From NCBI GenBank assembly GCA_963726785.1, contig CAVSDJ010000003.1, positions 345,878-409,877 on the forward strand: DNA of 64,000 bases. The letters are read 5' to 3'. Both the position numbers and the translations under genes were made by a program. Shown here piece after piece: positions 8,390 to 18,079 of the stretch. This DNA comes from Blastocatellia bacterium. GTDB taxonomy: Bacteria > Acidobacteriota > Blastocatellia > UBA7656. The notes beneath the pieces are model-generated. The model searched no databases, was not told where the DNA came from, and worked only from the letters and a program-made list of their open reading frames with translations. Each line of letters opens with the position of its first letter. Within the stretch, counting starts at the first letter, position 1.

Positions 8390-9457
8390 TCAACTCGTTC
8401 GTCGCAGCAAGTAGACGAACACGGGCGCGCCCATCAATGCCGTGATTACGCCCAGATGTAATTCACGCGGCGCAATCACTGTGCGCGCAACGGTGTCTGC
8501 GAGCAATAAGAACGCACTGCCTGTGAGCGCCGATGCGGGCACGACAAGACGGTTATCGCTGCCGCCCGCAAGCCTTATCGCGTGCGGAACGATCAATCCT
8601 ACAAAGCCGAGCGCCCCGCTGACGGCCACTGCCGCGCCTGTCACGAGCGACGCGGCTATGTAAACCGTCAGCTTCACGCGATAAACTTCGACGCCAAGCG
8701 CGAGCGCGTCCTGCTCGCCTATCATCAACAGGTTCAAGCTGCGCGCGTTAAAATAGATTGCCAGTATGCCGACAAAAACGAGCGAAGCAACAAGTGGCAA
8801 CAATCTTTCTTCACTGCCCAGATTGCCTATCAGCCACGAGAGCACATTGCGCTGCCGGGAGCCTGAAGCAGTCGTCACCAGAAAGATCACGATTGATGAC
8901 AACAGCGCATTTGTAATCATGCCTGCAAGTATCAATCGCACAGATGAATCACCCTGATGGCCACGGCCCAATGCGTAGACAAACCCGATTGTTAAAACTG
9001 CTCCGATGAAAGCCGCGATGGGGCGACTGACAGGCAACGACTCTGCAAAGATGGTCGCTACGAGCGCGCCTATCGCAGCGCCGCTCGATATGCCGAGTAT
9101 TCCGGGGTCTGCGAGCGGATTCCTGAGCAACGCTTGATATGCCGCGCCCGCGACCGAGAGCGCGGCTCCAACGATTATCGCCATTATCGCGCGCGGTATA
9201 CGAATGTCTGCGATGATGATTCGTTGTTCAGGCGTCACGTCCGCCGGGTGGCCGGTTATTTCCGATGCGATGATCTTGAATATCGCGCTGATGCTGACAT
9301 GTTCGCTTCCGACTGCGATGGCGAAAACGGCGATGACAAGGAGCGCAACCATAAGCGCCGCCAGCGTGATGACGAGCCTTCGCATCGTCAAACGATCACG
9401 ACTTGCTGGTCGCTCTGCTATTGCATTGATAGTTGTTCGGCTCGTTGTCATCGTCAT
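8390..9457 (-). CDS. FecCD-family ABC permease (BtuC type)
   Basis: 355-aa polytopic protein with typical FecCD segments (RIPRAIMAIIVGAALSVAGAAYQALLRNPLADPGILGISSGA; LLADTVART). Its start overlaps the stop of the upstream binding-protein gene (ATGA). Confidence 0.85.
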   Translation of the reverse strand: MTMTTSRTTINAIAERPASRDRLTMRRLVITLAALMVALLVIAVFAIAVGSEHVSISAIFKIIASEITGHPADVTPEQRIIIADIRIPRAIMAIIVGAALSVAGAAYQALLRNPLADPGILGISSGAAIGALVATIFAESLPVSRPIAAFIGAVLTIGFVYALGRGHQGDSSVRLILAGMITNALLSSIVIFLVTTASGSRQRNVLSWLIGNLGSEERLLPLVASLVFVGILAIYFNARSLNLLMIGEQDALALGVEVYRVKLTVYIAASLVTGAAVAVSGALGFVGLIVPHAIRLAGGSDNRLVVPASALTGSAFLLLADTVARTVIAPRELHLGVITALMGAPVFVYLLRRTS

Positions 9458-10352
9458 TCCGTCTTAACTGAAAACGCTTCCGGGTGAATCCGCGCAGCCA
9501 TCTGTTCAAGCCCGTCAACGATTCGCGGGCCGGGTCGCATCAACAGGTTATCGTCAAGTTGAAACACTCGATTATTACGCGCAGCAGGCGTCTGGTTCAG
9601 TCGCTCCGGCAATTTCGATTCGCCTGTTTGAAGAAAGATGACTTCGGGGCGAGCGGCGACGGCGGACTCAAGACTATACTGCGGATACTCAGCCTCAACG
9701 CTCTCTTGAAATTGAATCGCCTCCGGCGCGTGAAATCAGTTCATTGATAAAGCTCTTGCCGCCGATGGTAATCAAGGGTTCGACGCCGAGTATGAAAAGA
9801 ACTCCGGGCCGCTCTTTTATTCCGGCCAGACTTGATTCGATTGCATTGATGCGAGCGCGCATATCATCGGTTAATTCTTTTGCGCGACGATCTGCTCCGA
9901 TGATTTCGCCTATCACTTCGATTGATGCGAGCACGCCCGCGAGGTCATGCGGATTGCTCACGTAAACCGGAATGCCGACTTTATCGAAGTCGAGGATGAA
10001 CTGCTCAAGCTGGCTTGAGGTCGAAGCGATGACCAGATCAGGCTTGAGCGCGACGATTTTTTCTATGCTTGGCCTGAGCGTGTCGCCGATTTTTTCTTTA
10101 CGGCGCGGCTTCGGGCGGATAATCGCAATAAGATGTCACGCCAACAACTCGATCACCGAGTCCGAGCGCGAAAAGAGTTTCGGTTACCGAAGGCGCGAGC
10201 GAAATTATGCGCTGCGGGTTCTCTCGGACATTGATAGTCCGCCCGATTTCGTCAGTGAATGCGCGCCCGCCCGCCGCAATGTCGCGATTGCTTGAGCAAG
10301 CCACGGCGACAAGGCACAACATTAACGAAAGAGCTTTGAAAAAAGCGCGCAA
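9454..10352 (-). pseudogene. BtuF-type periplasmic cobalamin/siderophore-binding protein, interrupted by two frameshifts
   Basis: Three collinear pieces. (1) A lipoprotein-like start (TTG ~10352; [10 protein letters not shown]) running to ...[11 protein letters not shown] (ORF 10098..10457). (2) [30 protein letters not shown]...SNPHDLAG... (ORF 9695..9961 frame). (3) ESVEAEYPQYSLESAVAARPEVIFLQ...RIVDGLEQMAARIHPEAF. Shifts lie near 10100 and 9705. Confidence 0.75.
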
Positions 10353-10439
10353 AAAGAAAGACTCCCGCCGACTCTGATTCGCGTTGAGTCGAACGGGAGT
10401 TCTCAAGGTGTGCTCCCGCGCGCCAGCCTTCTCACGCGA

Positions 10440-10592
10440 AAGGCAATCGGCTCGCAAAAGCTCCGGGCAGGTCTCCTGACTAAAAAAGTCAAAAGGAAAA
10501 AGTTAATTTGCCTTTTGCTTCTATCACAGTGGCGGGACCGTGCGGGATTTTCACCCGCTTCCCTATTCTCCCCTCGTTCGGGGCACCCAAAG
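10440..10592 (-). promoter_or_regulatory. Cobalamin riboswitch 2 (upstream of the btuF-like gene)
   Basis: The minus strand reads GGTGCCCCGAACGAGGGGAGAATAGGGAAGCGGGTGAAAATCCCGCACGGTCCCGCCACTGTGATAG, followed by the B12 box AGTCAGGAGACCTGCCCGG (plus-strand 10463..10481). Confidence 0.9.
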
Positions 10593-10685
10593 CATAGATG
10601 AAGTATTAAAGAACAACCCTCTGAATCACAAACCTAGCACGCCTCTTCGCGCAGAGTCAAACGCAAGCATCGGCGCATTATCACG

Positions 10686-11093
10686 TCACGGCCTTCGATT
10701 CGATGCCGAGGCGTTGCGATTGGCTTGCGAGTTGCCAATTGAGGGGCGATTGATCTGACCGGGCATGGGCGGAATCTGATCTAGCGGTTTGGCAACATTG
10801 CTGCCCGTGTAGCGATCCATTATGTAAAAGTTTACGCCGCCCAGAAGGCAGCCTATCACAAGCACAGTCATAAGCGCTGCGATCTGCTTTTTGTCTTTTG
10901 AAATGTGCGCGCCCAGCAAGCTTGGAAAGACGATTACAGCAAAACTCATGAACATCAGCATCGGAGTCGCCGCCGAAAGCCTCAACGAAAATTGATTATG
11001 ATTTAACAAGTCCGCCCAGTTGTAGGCGAACAGTCCCGCGCTCACGATAAAGCAGAGCAATCCGAATAAGCGGCCTTTCGTGGATGGTTGCAT
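10686..11093 (-). CDS. Hypothetical integral membrane protein (4 predicted TM segments)
   Basis: ORF 10686..11129. The internal ATG at 11093 is preceded by GGAGG. Hydrophobic segments; no family recognised. Confidence 0.55.
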   Translation of the reverse strand: MQPSTKGRLFGLLCFIVSAGLFAYNWADLLNHNQFSLRLSAATPMLMFMSFAVIVFPSLLGAHISKDKKQIAALMTVLVIGCLLGGVNFYIMDRYTGSNVAKPLDQIPPMPGQINRPSIGNSQANRNASASNRRP

Positions 11094-11259
11094 GGTGTAA
11101 ATCCTCCAACTTATTTTCTCTTTGTGCAAACGAGTTTCGTGATTTCAGAAGTGATCGAACGGCAGAGACCGTTTCCAGATTCGACATAGAAGACGGCTCG
11201 CGGGCTTTCGAGGTTTACGTTGTGAAGAAGATGGATTGACCGGCAGGCTGTTAGAATCT

Positions 11260-11304
11260 GCCAGCGCTGGCATCTCTCTGTTATCGAGAGATGCTAGCGC
11301 TGGC
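11260..11304. repeat. 19-bp-stem hairpin downstream of pilC
   Basis: gccagcgctggcatctctc (11260..11278) pairs with gagagatgctagcgctggc (11286..11304) with 1 mismatch. No T-tract. Confidence 0.6.
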
Positions 11305-11326
11305 AAAAGATGATTGGCTTTATGAA

Positions 11327-12550
11327 TCAGTGTCCGCCAGCAAGTTTGCCGATGAGCGTGAACAGCGGCAAGTACATGGCGATTACGATTGTGCCGATGG
11401 TGACGCCCAGAAACATAATCATCGCGGGTTCCATCAAGCTCAACAGGTTGGCAATTGCAGCGTCTACTTCCTGCTCGTAGAAATCGGCTATCTTCGACAG
11501 CATCGCATCAAGCGCGCCCGTCTGTTCGCCGACTCCTATCATCTGCGACTACCATTATCGGAAAGACTCCGCTCGCCTTCAGCGGCTCGACGAAAGTCTG
11601 GCCTTGTTCGATTCCCGCGCGAACTTTATTAATCGCTTCCGACACGATTATGTTTCCCGCGGTTCGCGCAGTGATGTCGAGCGATTCGAGTATGGGCACG
11701 CCTGAACTTAACAGCGTTGAAAGCGTGCGGCTGAAACGCGAGACGGCGATCTTTCGCATGATGTCGCCCAGTATCGGCAGCTTCAAGATCATCGAGTCAA
11801 TGACGTGAATCCCTTTGTCGGTCTTGTACCAGGCTTTCGCGGAGAAGACCGAAATGCCGACCACAAGCGCTATCAACCACCAGTATCCGGCCATAAACTG
11901 CGAGATGGATACGACGATCTCTGTCAACCAGGGCAGCTTCTCGCCGGCCCAAGCAACCCCTCGAATATGTTCTTGAATGCGGGGATGACGACGATCATGA
12001 TGATCGAGATTACAATGATAGAAATCACGACGACCGCTATGGGTAGATCATCGCGCTCTTAACGTCGCTCTTCAGCTTGACCATCTTTTCGAGATAAGTC
12101 GAAAGTCGCTGAAGAATGATGTCGAGGATACCGCCGGTTTCGCCAGCCGCCACCATGTTCGTATACAGCGGCTCGAACACGCGAGGATGTTTAGCCATCG
12201 CGTCGGCAAGCGTCATACCCGATTCAACATCCGAGCGCGTCTGAAAAATTATTTTCTGAAAATGTTTATTGTCCTGCTGCTGGCCGAGTATCTCAAGGCA
12301 CTGCACAAGCGGCAGGCCCGCGTCGAGCATGACTGAAAACTGGCGCGTGAACAAAGCCAGATCTTTGTGCTTGACCTTTTCGCGGCCCATTTTGGGCAGG
12401 CTGATTTCGCGGCCCTTCTCTCTGCGCGCTGGTTAAAATGACCTGCTCGCGTCTGAGCGTTGCTTCAAGCGCCGCGCGATCTGCTGCCACTCGCTCACCG
12501 ACGACGATTTCGTTTAATCGGTTGCGACCTTTGAATACATAAGTCGGCAT
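11327..12550 (-). pseudogene. pilC: Type IV pilus platform protein PilC (GspF family), interrupted by about four frameshifts
   Basis: Collinear fragments: MPTYVFKGRNRL...ILTSAQR / EKGREISLPKMGREKVKHKDLALFTRQFSVMLDAGLPL... (12037..12390) / IAVVVISIIVISIIMIVVIPAFKNIFEGLLGP / GEKLPWLTEIVV...(11508..11927) / QMIGVGEQTGALDAMLSKIADFYEQEV...(11327..11542). Shifts lie near 12415, 12040, 11945 and 11545. Confidence 0.85.
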
Positions 12551-12677
12551 CGTTGTCTCCCACCAATTGATGTTCGTTAAATCGCGCAGGGGCACAATCG
12601 AAATGATGAATGCGGAATAATGAATGATGAATTAATAATTGCTCCTGTTCATCATTCAGCATTTCGCGTTCATCGTT

Positions 12678-13838
12678 CTAACGTCCTACTCGTCCGAGCG
12701 GAACTTGCGGGCGGTTGCCCTGCCCGCCGGTTCCGGGCGGTCTGAGCGGCGGCGTTTGAAGCGCAGCCGCGCCGCGATTGATCAAATCCTGCAACTCATC
12801 AGGATTCGACGAGCGCGTCAACGCCATCTCAAGCGTTATCTGCTTCTTGAAATACAGCGAAGCCAGAGCTTGATTGAACGTCTGCATCCCGTACTTGTCT
12901 TGGCCCGTCTGCATCATCGAGTAAATCTGGTGAATCTTGTCTTCGCGAATCAGATTTCTGATGGCCGAATTCGGAACCAGTATCTCCATGCCGAGCGCGC
13001 GGCCCTGCCCGTTCGCCTTCGGAAGAAGCGCCTGCGTGACAATGCCTTCCAGCACCATCGAAAGCTGCGTGCGAATCTGCGACTGCTGACCCGATGGAAA
13101 GATGTCAATGATACGGTTGATTGACGACGCGGCAGAGTTCGTGTGAAGCGTCGCAAAAGTCAGGTGGCCCGTCTCGGCTATGCGAAGCGCGGTCTCTGTA
13201 GTTTCGAGGTCGCGCATTTCGCCGATCAGCACCACGTCAGGGTCCTGGCGCAAGGCTGCGCGAAGCGCGTTGGCAAACGAATGCGTGTCGGCATGAACTT
13301 CGCGCTGGTTTACTATGCAGCTCTTGTGCGAGTGGAGATACTCTATCGGGTCTTCTACGGTGATTATGTGCTCGTGACGGTCGCGGTTGACCTTGTCGAG
13401 CATCGCCGCGAGCGTAGTTGATTTGCCAGACCCCGTAGGCCCTGTGACCAGAATCAACCCGCGAGGCTTATCACAAAGCTTATCGATGACCGACGGCAGG
13501 CCCAGTTCTTCAAACGATCTTATCTCATAAGGAATCGAGCGGAAGACCGCGCCAACCGCGCCGCGCTGGTTAAATATATTCGCGCGAAACCGCGACAGCC
13601 CTTTGATGCCGAACGAGAAATCAAGCTCCAGCGTCTCCTCGAACCTGTGTTTCTGCGCGTCGGTCAACACTGAATATGCAAGCTGTTTGGTCTCGGCTGG
13701 CGTAAGCTCGGCGTATTCGAGCGGTCTGAGCACGCCGTGAACTCGCACCATCGGCGATGAGTTCGTCGTTATATGCAAGTCCGAGCCGCCCTGCTCGATC
13801 ATCTTCTTCAACAATTCGCTTAATGCAATCTCTGGCAT
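12678..13838 (-). CDS. pilT: Twitching-motility ATPase PilT with a Pro/Gly-rich C-terminal tail
   Basis: SDLHITTNSSPMVRVHG, Walker A GPTGSGKSTT, EDPIEY, GHLTFATLHT. Sits between pilB and pilC. Confidence 0.9.
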   Translation of the reverse strand: MPEIALSELLKKMIEQGGSDLHITTNSSPMVRVHGVLRPLEYAELTPAETKQLAYSVLTDAQKHRFEETLELDFSFGIKGLSRFRANIFNQRGAVGAVFRSIPYEIRSFEELGLPSVIDKLCDKPRGLILVTGPTGSGKSTTLAAMLDKVNRDRHEHIITVEDPIEYLHSHKSCIVNQREVHADTHSFANALRAALRQDPDVVLIGEMRDLETTETALRIAETGHLTFATLHTNSAASSINRIIDIFPSGQQSQIRTQLSMVLEGIVTQALLPKANGQGRALGMEILVPNSAIRNLIREDKIHQIYSMMQTGQDKYGMQTFNQALASLYFKKQITLEMALTRSSNPDELQDLINRGAAALQTPPLRPPGTGGQGNRPQVPLGRVGR

Positions 13839-13850
13839 AAACCCTCCGGG

Positions 13851-13931
13851 GATTTTGGATTTCAGATTTTAGATTTTGGATTGCGGAGTTGTAATGATTG
13901 TCCTTTAATCTAAAATCTAAAATCCAAAATC
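13851..13931. repeat. Intercistronic low-complexity hairpin (pilB/pilT)
   Basis: gattttggatttcagattttagatt (13851..13875) pairs with aatctaaaatctaaaatccaaaatc (13907..13931), 25-nt arms with 1 mismatch. Overlaps the pilB stop. Confidence 0.8.
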
Positions 13932-15672
13932 ATTTCACCGTTTCTCTCACAACTTCCTCGACAGTCGTCATTCCCTGCCTGATCTTTTCCAGTCCGCTCT
14001 GGCGCAGCGTAAGCATTCCTTCTTCAATCGCTTTTCGTCGAAGCTCAAGACCCGACGCGCCGACCAGAATTAACTCGCGCATTTCTTCGGTAATTTCCAT
14101 GACTTCATACAAACCGACTCGGCCTTTGTAGCCCGTGCCGTTGCACGTCGAGCAACCTGCGCCTTTGAAGGTTTTAATCTCTTTTATTTCGCTGGCAGCA
14201 AAGCCGACATCAATCATCGCCTCTTCGGGAGTGTTCACCTGCGCTTTGCACTCCTTGCATATTCGGCGCACGAGTCGCTGCGCTTGAATCAAGTTCACGC
14301 TCGTCGCAACCAGGAAAGGCTCGATACCCATGTTCATCAATCGGCTGATGGTCGAAGGCGCGTCGTTCGTGTGCAATGTTGATAAAACAAGGTGGCCCGT
14401 CAGCGCCGCCTTCACGCCTATCTCGGCAGTCTCGAAATCTCGGATTTCGCCGACGAGAATGATGTTCGGGTCTTGACGAAGGAATGAACGCAGGGCTGCC
14501 GCGAAGTTCAACCCGATGGACTCTTTCATCTGCACCTGATTGATGCCCTGTAGATTGAATTCAACGGGGTCTTCGGCGGTCATAATGTTGGTCTCAGGCG
14601 TGTTGAGACTTTGCAGCGCCGAATAAAGCGTTGACGTTTTACCCGAACCCGTCGGCCCTGTCACCAGCACCATCCCGTAAGGCTTCGTGATGTTTCGTTT
14701 AAATTTATCGAGGCTCGCAGGCTCAAACCCGAGTTGAGTCATGTCGAGCCGCAGGTTCTCTTTGTCCAGCAACCTGAGCACTATCTTTTCGCCGAATATC
14801 GTCGGCAGCGTCGAGACGCGGAAGTCCAGTTCGCGCGAGCGATTGTCAAGCCGCACTCTGATCTTGATGCGCCCATCTTGCGGCAGACGCTTTTCAGCGA
14901 TGTCGAGCCGCGCCATGATTTTCATTCTCGAAGTGAGCGCATCGCGCATCTTCATGGGCGGAGCCATGATGTTGTAGAGTATGCCGTCCATGCGGAAGCG
15001 CACGCGGAAATCCTTCTCATAAGGCTCGATGTGAATGTCGGATGCGCCGCGACGAAGCGCATCAACTAAGATGACGTTCACCAGTTTGACCACCGGCGCG
15101 TCCTCGCTCATCCGTTCGAGGTTTTCGAGGTCTATCTCTTCGTGCGCCTCTTCTACTTCAACCTCACCTATATCGTCGCCGTAGTCTGGCATGCTCGTGG
15201 ACTCTGCGACGAGGTCTTCCATGACGCGAGCAAGTTCCATCTCGCGCGAAGTGCCGTAGTATTTTTTGACAGCAAAGTTGAATGCGGTCTCGCTGACGAC
15301 GACAGGCTCGACCGATAGCCCTGTCATGAATTTTATGTCGTCAATAGCGAAGACGTTCGTGGGATCAACCATCGCAAGCGTGAGCGTTGCGCCTACGCGC
15401 GACAGCGGCAGGACAGAGTATCGCTCGGAGGTTTCTTGAGGCACGAGCGCGACGGCTGCCGGGTCTACTTCAAACAGTTCGAGGTTAACTGACGGGACGC
15501 CGTATTGGCGGGAAAGCACGGCTGTGACTTCTTCATCAGAGAGCATGCCAAGCTTAACAAGAGTTGAGGCCAATCGCCCGCCATTGAGTCTCTGGTAGTC
15601 GAGCGCTTCCTTGAGCTGCTGCGGAGTTATGAGATTATCTTTAAGAAGTGATTCGCCCAGTTTTGCCGACAT
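13930..15672 (-). CDS. pilB: Type IV pilus assembly ATPase PilB (GspE family)
   Basis: ORF 13930..15681 (GTG), with ATG at 15672 giving MSAKLGESLLKDNLITPQQLKEAL. Walker A GPTGSGKTST, tetracysteine CKECK...CSTCNGTG, GHLVLSTLHTN. Confidence 0.9.
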   Translation of the reverse strand: MSAKLGESLLKDNLITPQQLKEALDYQRLNGGRLASTLVKLGMLSDEEVTAVLSRQYGVPSVNLELFEVDPAAVALVPQETSERYSVLPLSRVGATLTLAMVDPTNVFAIDDIKFMTGLSVEPVVVSETAFNFAVKKYYGTSREMELARVMEDLVAESTSMPDYGDDIGEVEVEEAHEEIDLENLERMSEDAPVVKLVNVILVDALRRGASDIHIEPYEKDFRVRFRMDGILYNIMAPPMKMRDALTSRMKIMARLDIAEKRLPQDGRIKIRVRLDNRSRELDFRVSTLPTIFGEKIVLRLLDKENLRLDMTQLGFEPASLDKFKRNITKPYGMVLVTGPTGSGKTSTLYSALQSLNTPETNIMTAEDPVEFNLQGINQVQMKESIGLNFAAALRSFLRQDPNIILVGEIRDFETAEIGVKAALTGHLVLSTLHTNDAPSTISRLMNMGIEPFLVATSVNLIQAQRLVRRICKECKAQVNTPEEAMIDVGFAASEIKEIKTFKGAGCSTCNGTGYKGRVGLYEVMEITEEMRELILVGASGLELRRKAIEEGMLTLRQSGLEKIRQGMTTVEEVVRETVK

Positions 15673-16056
15673 AATTCCCACGATGATTCTTTCGCCTCTG
15701 AATTAATCGAAGCGAAAGCAGCGCATCAGCCCGATTGCATGCAATCAAGCGCGCTATGAACAAATGCGCCTATTAGTGCAACAAGCTCGAAAAGCAAAGG
15801 AGCCATTCACAGTGGATACTTACACTCTTCTGAGAGAAGGCAATCTGGGAGCGACAAACGACAGGCTTAAGTTGATTATTTCAGAGGGGCATCGGGTGGC
15901 AGAAATTCAATCAACTCTACGGACGATATCCTTTTAACATCGACTCAATACCATGTCAATAATAATCGAAGTCCGCTATCTCAGCGAATTCATTCGATTA
16001 TGTGTGCGGCGTGTTAAGGCTTAATGTCGCTCTGAAAAACAGATGCGGAGACAGTC

Positions 16057-16091
16057 AGAAAGAAGAAAAGGCGAGCCAGTAAGCCCGCCTT
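16057..16091 (-). terminator. Rho-independent terminator candidate after the PiT gene
   Basis: The minus-strand transcript reads aaggcgggc-ttactg-gctcgcctt followed by ttttcttctttc. Confidence 0.6.
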
Positions 16092-16124
16092 CTCGGTACC
16101 GAGGGTGGCAAATCAATTATCAGA

Positions 16125-17165
16125 TCACATTTCGTGCAGGAGCTTGAATACGAAAAATGAAAGCGCCGCGATCAAAGCGGATGCGGGGATAGTCAGAACC
16201 CATGCCCAGACGACAGTCCGCGCGACTCCCCACCTGACAGCCGATAGCCTTCGAGTCGCACCCACGCCGACAATCGCGCCTGTGATAGTGTGCGTGGTGC
16301 TGACAGGAATGCCGCCATAGGTCGCCACCGCAAGCGTGACAGCGCCTGCCGTTTCGGCTGCGAACCCGCCAACAGGTTTGAGCTTCGTCAAACGCGACCC
16401 CATCGTGTGAACGATTCGCCACCCACCCGATAACGTGCCGAGCGCGATGGCGGCGTGGCAACTGAGGACTACCCACAGCGGTATTGAAGGCAGTTCGCCC
16501 GTCGGCCCTGACTGCATGGCATTGCCCGCGACAAGCACGGCTGTGATTATGCCCATCGTTTTCTGCGCGTCGTTGCCGCCGTGCCCGAGGCTGTAGAGCG
16601 CCGCCGACATGAGCTGGCCTTTGCGAAATATCCTATCAACCCGATCAGGCGAGTATCGCCGGAATATCCACATTATCGCGACCATAAACGAGAAGCCGAG
16701 TGCCATGCCGACGAGCGGCGAGATGATGATGAACGAAAGAGTCTTTATCCACCCTTCCGGTTTGAGCAACCCATCTCCAAAGCCTTGATACGCAGCAATG
16801 GCCGCGCCTGCGTACCCGCCTACGAGCGCGTGCGAAGAGCTTGACGGCAACCCGTAGTACCAGGTGATGACGTCCCATATGATTGCGCCTATAAGTCCGC
16901 ACAGCAGCACCCCCAACTGCCACTTAACATCTATGAGTTTGATGTTGATGAGGTCGCCGCCGATGGTCTTGGCGACGCGGGTGCCAAACAGCGCGAACGC
17001 GACGAAGTTGAAGAATGCCGCCCAGACAACGGCCACGCCCGGCGAGAGCACGCGGGTTGACACAACGGTCGCAATCGAATTGGCCGCATCGTGCCATCCG
17101 TTGACGAAATCGAATATGAGAGCTACTACGATTATCAGCAAGACCAACGCAGACAGCGTTGTCAT
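16125..17165 (-). CDS. Inorganic phosphate transporter, PiT (PHO4) family
   Basis: 346-aa polytopic protein with duplicated PHO4 motifs GWHDAANSIATVV and GHGGNDAQKTMGII. Confidence 0.9.
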   Translation of the reverse strand: MTTLSALVLLIIVVALIFDFVNGWHDAANSIATVVSTRVLSPGVAVVWAAFFNFVAFALFGTRVAKTIGGDLINIKLIDVKWQLGVLLCGLIGAIIWDVITWYYGLPSSSSHALVGGYAGAAIAAYQGFGDGLLKPEGWIKTLSFIIISPLVGMALGFSFMVAIMWIFRRYSPDRVDRIFRKGQLMSAALYSLGHGGNDAQKTMGIITAVLVAGNAMQSGPTGELPSIPLWVVLSCHAAIALGTLSGGWRIVHTMGSRLTKLKPVGGFAAETAGAVTLAVATYGGIPVSTTHTITGAIVGVGATRRLSAVRWGVARTVVWAWVLTIPASALIAALSFFVFKLLHEM

Positions 17166-17190
17166 TCAGGGTGACCTCCGCAAAAGAAAT

Positions 17191-17270
17191 GATGAATGAT
17201 GAACGCCGAATGATGAGTGGCGAAGAAGGTGTCGGTCTTTTGATTCATCATTCGGCGTTCATCACTCATC
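17191..17270. repeat. Intercistronic low-complexity hairpin (DUF47/PiT)
   Basis: gatgaatgatgaacgccgaatgatgagtg pairs with gattcatcattcggcgttcatcactcatc (~25/29). Overlaps the DUF47 stop codon. Confidence 0.75.
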
Positions 17271-17883
17271 ACTTGTTCTTGACCATTACGGCCTCAAGCG
17301 CCTCGGCTACATCCTTGCAACGGTCAATCGAATTTTCCAGTTCTTCGTAGATGAACATCCATTTGATGACTTCAATGGGGTCTCGCTCTTCTTTAAAGAG
17401 GCGGCTGACGGCATCTCTGTAAAGCGAGTCCGCTCGCTTTTCAAGCTGATTGATCGTGCGCGTGTGCTCGCCTATGGCCTGCTGGTCTTCCAGCAACGCG
17501 AACACGTCGGCAATCTCGCTTGTCGCGCTGCCGAGCAGTCGCGCAATCTCTGTCGCGTCCTCGCGCAGCTTGGTCACGCTATAGATGTCGAACCTGCGCG
17601 CCAGGTCATTTATCATATCAATCACGTCGTCAAGCTCAGTCACGAGCAAATAAATGTCTTCGCGATCAATCGGCGTAATGAAACTCGAATTGAGCTTCTG
17701 CAAGATCTTTGCAGCCACATCGTCGCACGAAAGCTCTATGACTTTGATCTGATCGGCGTACTGCGCGTGATTTTTGTAGTCTTGAAATATCTTGACGAAG
17801 ATTTCACCGCCCTGCTTCACCTGCGAGGCGAGCTGACTGAGCATGCTGAAGTACTTCTCTTCTTTCGGAATCAGACCGAACAT
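17269..17883 (-). CDS. DUF47-family (PhoU-like) phosphate-transport accessory protein
   Basis: 204-aa helical protein (EKYFSMLSQLA...ITPIDREDIYLLVTELDDVID...). Conserved pairing immediately upstream of a PiT gene. Confidence 0.8.
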   Translation of the reverse strand: MFGLIPKEEKYFSMLSQLASQVKQGGEIFVKIFQDYKNHAQYADQIKVIELSCDDVAAKILQKLNSSFITPIDREDIYLLVTELDDVIDMINDLARRFDIYSVTKLREDATEIARLLGSATSEIADVFALLEDQQAIGEHTRTINQLEKRADSLYRDAVSRLFKEERDPIEVIKWMFIYEELENSIDRCKDVAEALEAVMVKNK

Positions 17884-18011
17884 ATATCCCCTTTACTTGG
17901 ACGCGAATCTCAATTTAACGATTTCGCCACATCGTTGTAACAAAACGGTTAAATCCTATATGCCAGCCTCCCCCCAGTCAACTTGGATTCCCTCCTCGAA
18001 AAAGAATTTGC

Positions 18012-18058
18012 TTGACACGCTACGACTGTTGTAGTAGATTCAGCCTCAAATGTAGTAG
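18012..18058 (+). promoter_or_regulatory. Sigma-70-type promoter with repeated TGTAGTAG boxes (candidate BlaI operator)
   Basis: TTGACA (18012..18017), 17-nt spacer, TAGATT (18035..18040). TGTAGTAG occurs at 18030..18037 and again at 18051..18058, 21 nt apart. Confidence 0.45.
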
Positions 18059-18079
18059 CATGAAATCGAGAGGTTGAAG

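Noticed and set aside
15682-16124. c-di-GMP or other riboswitch / sRNA upstream of pilB
   Set aside because: I could not find conserved riboswitch core sequences by eye. It is kept only as a low-interest finding that needs a covariance-model scan.
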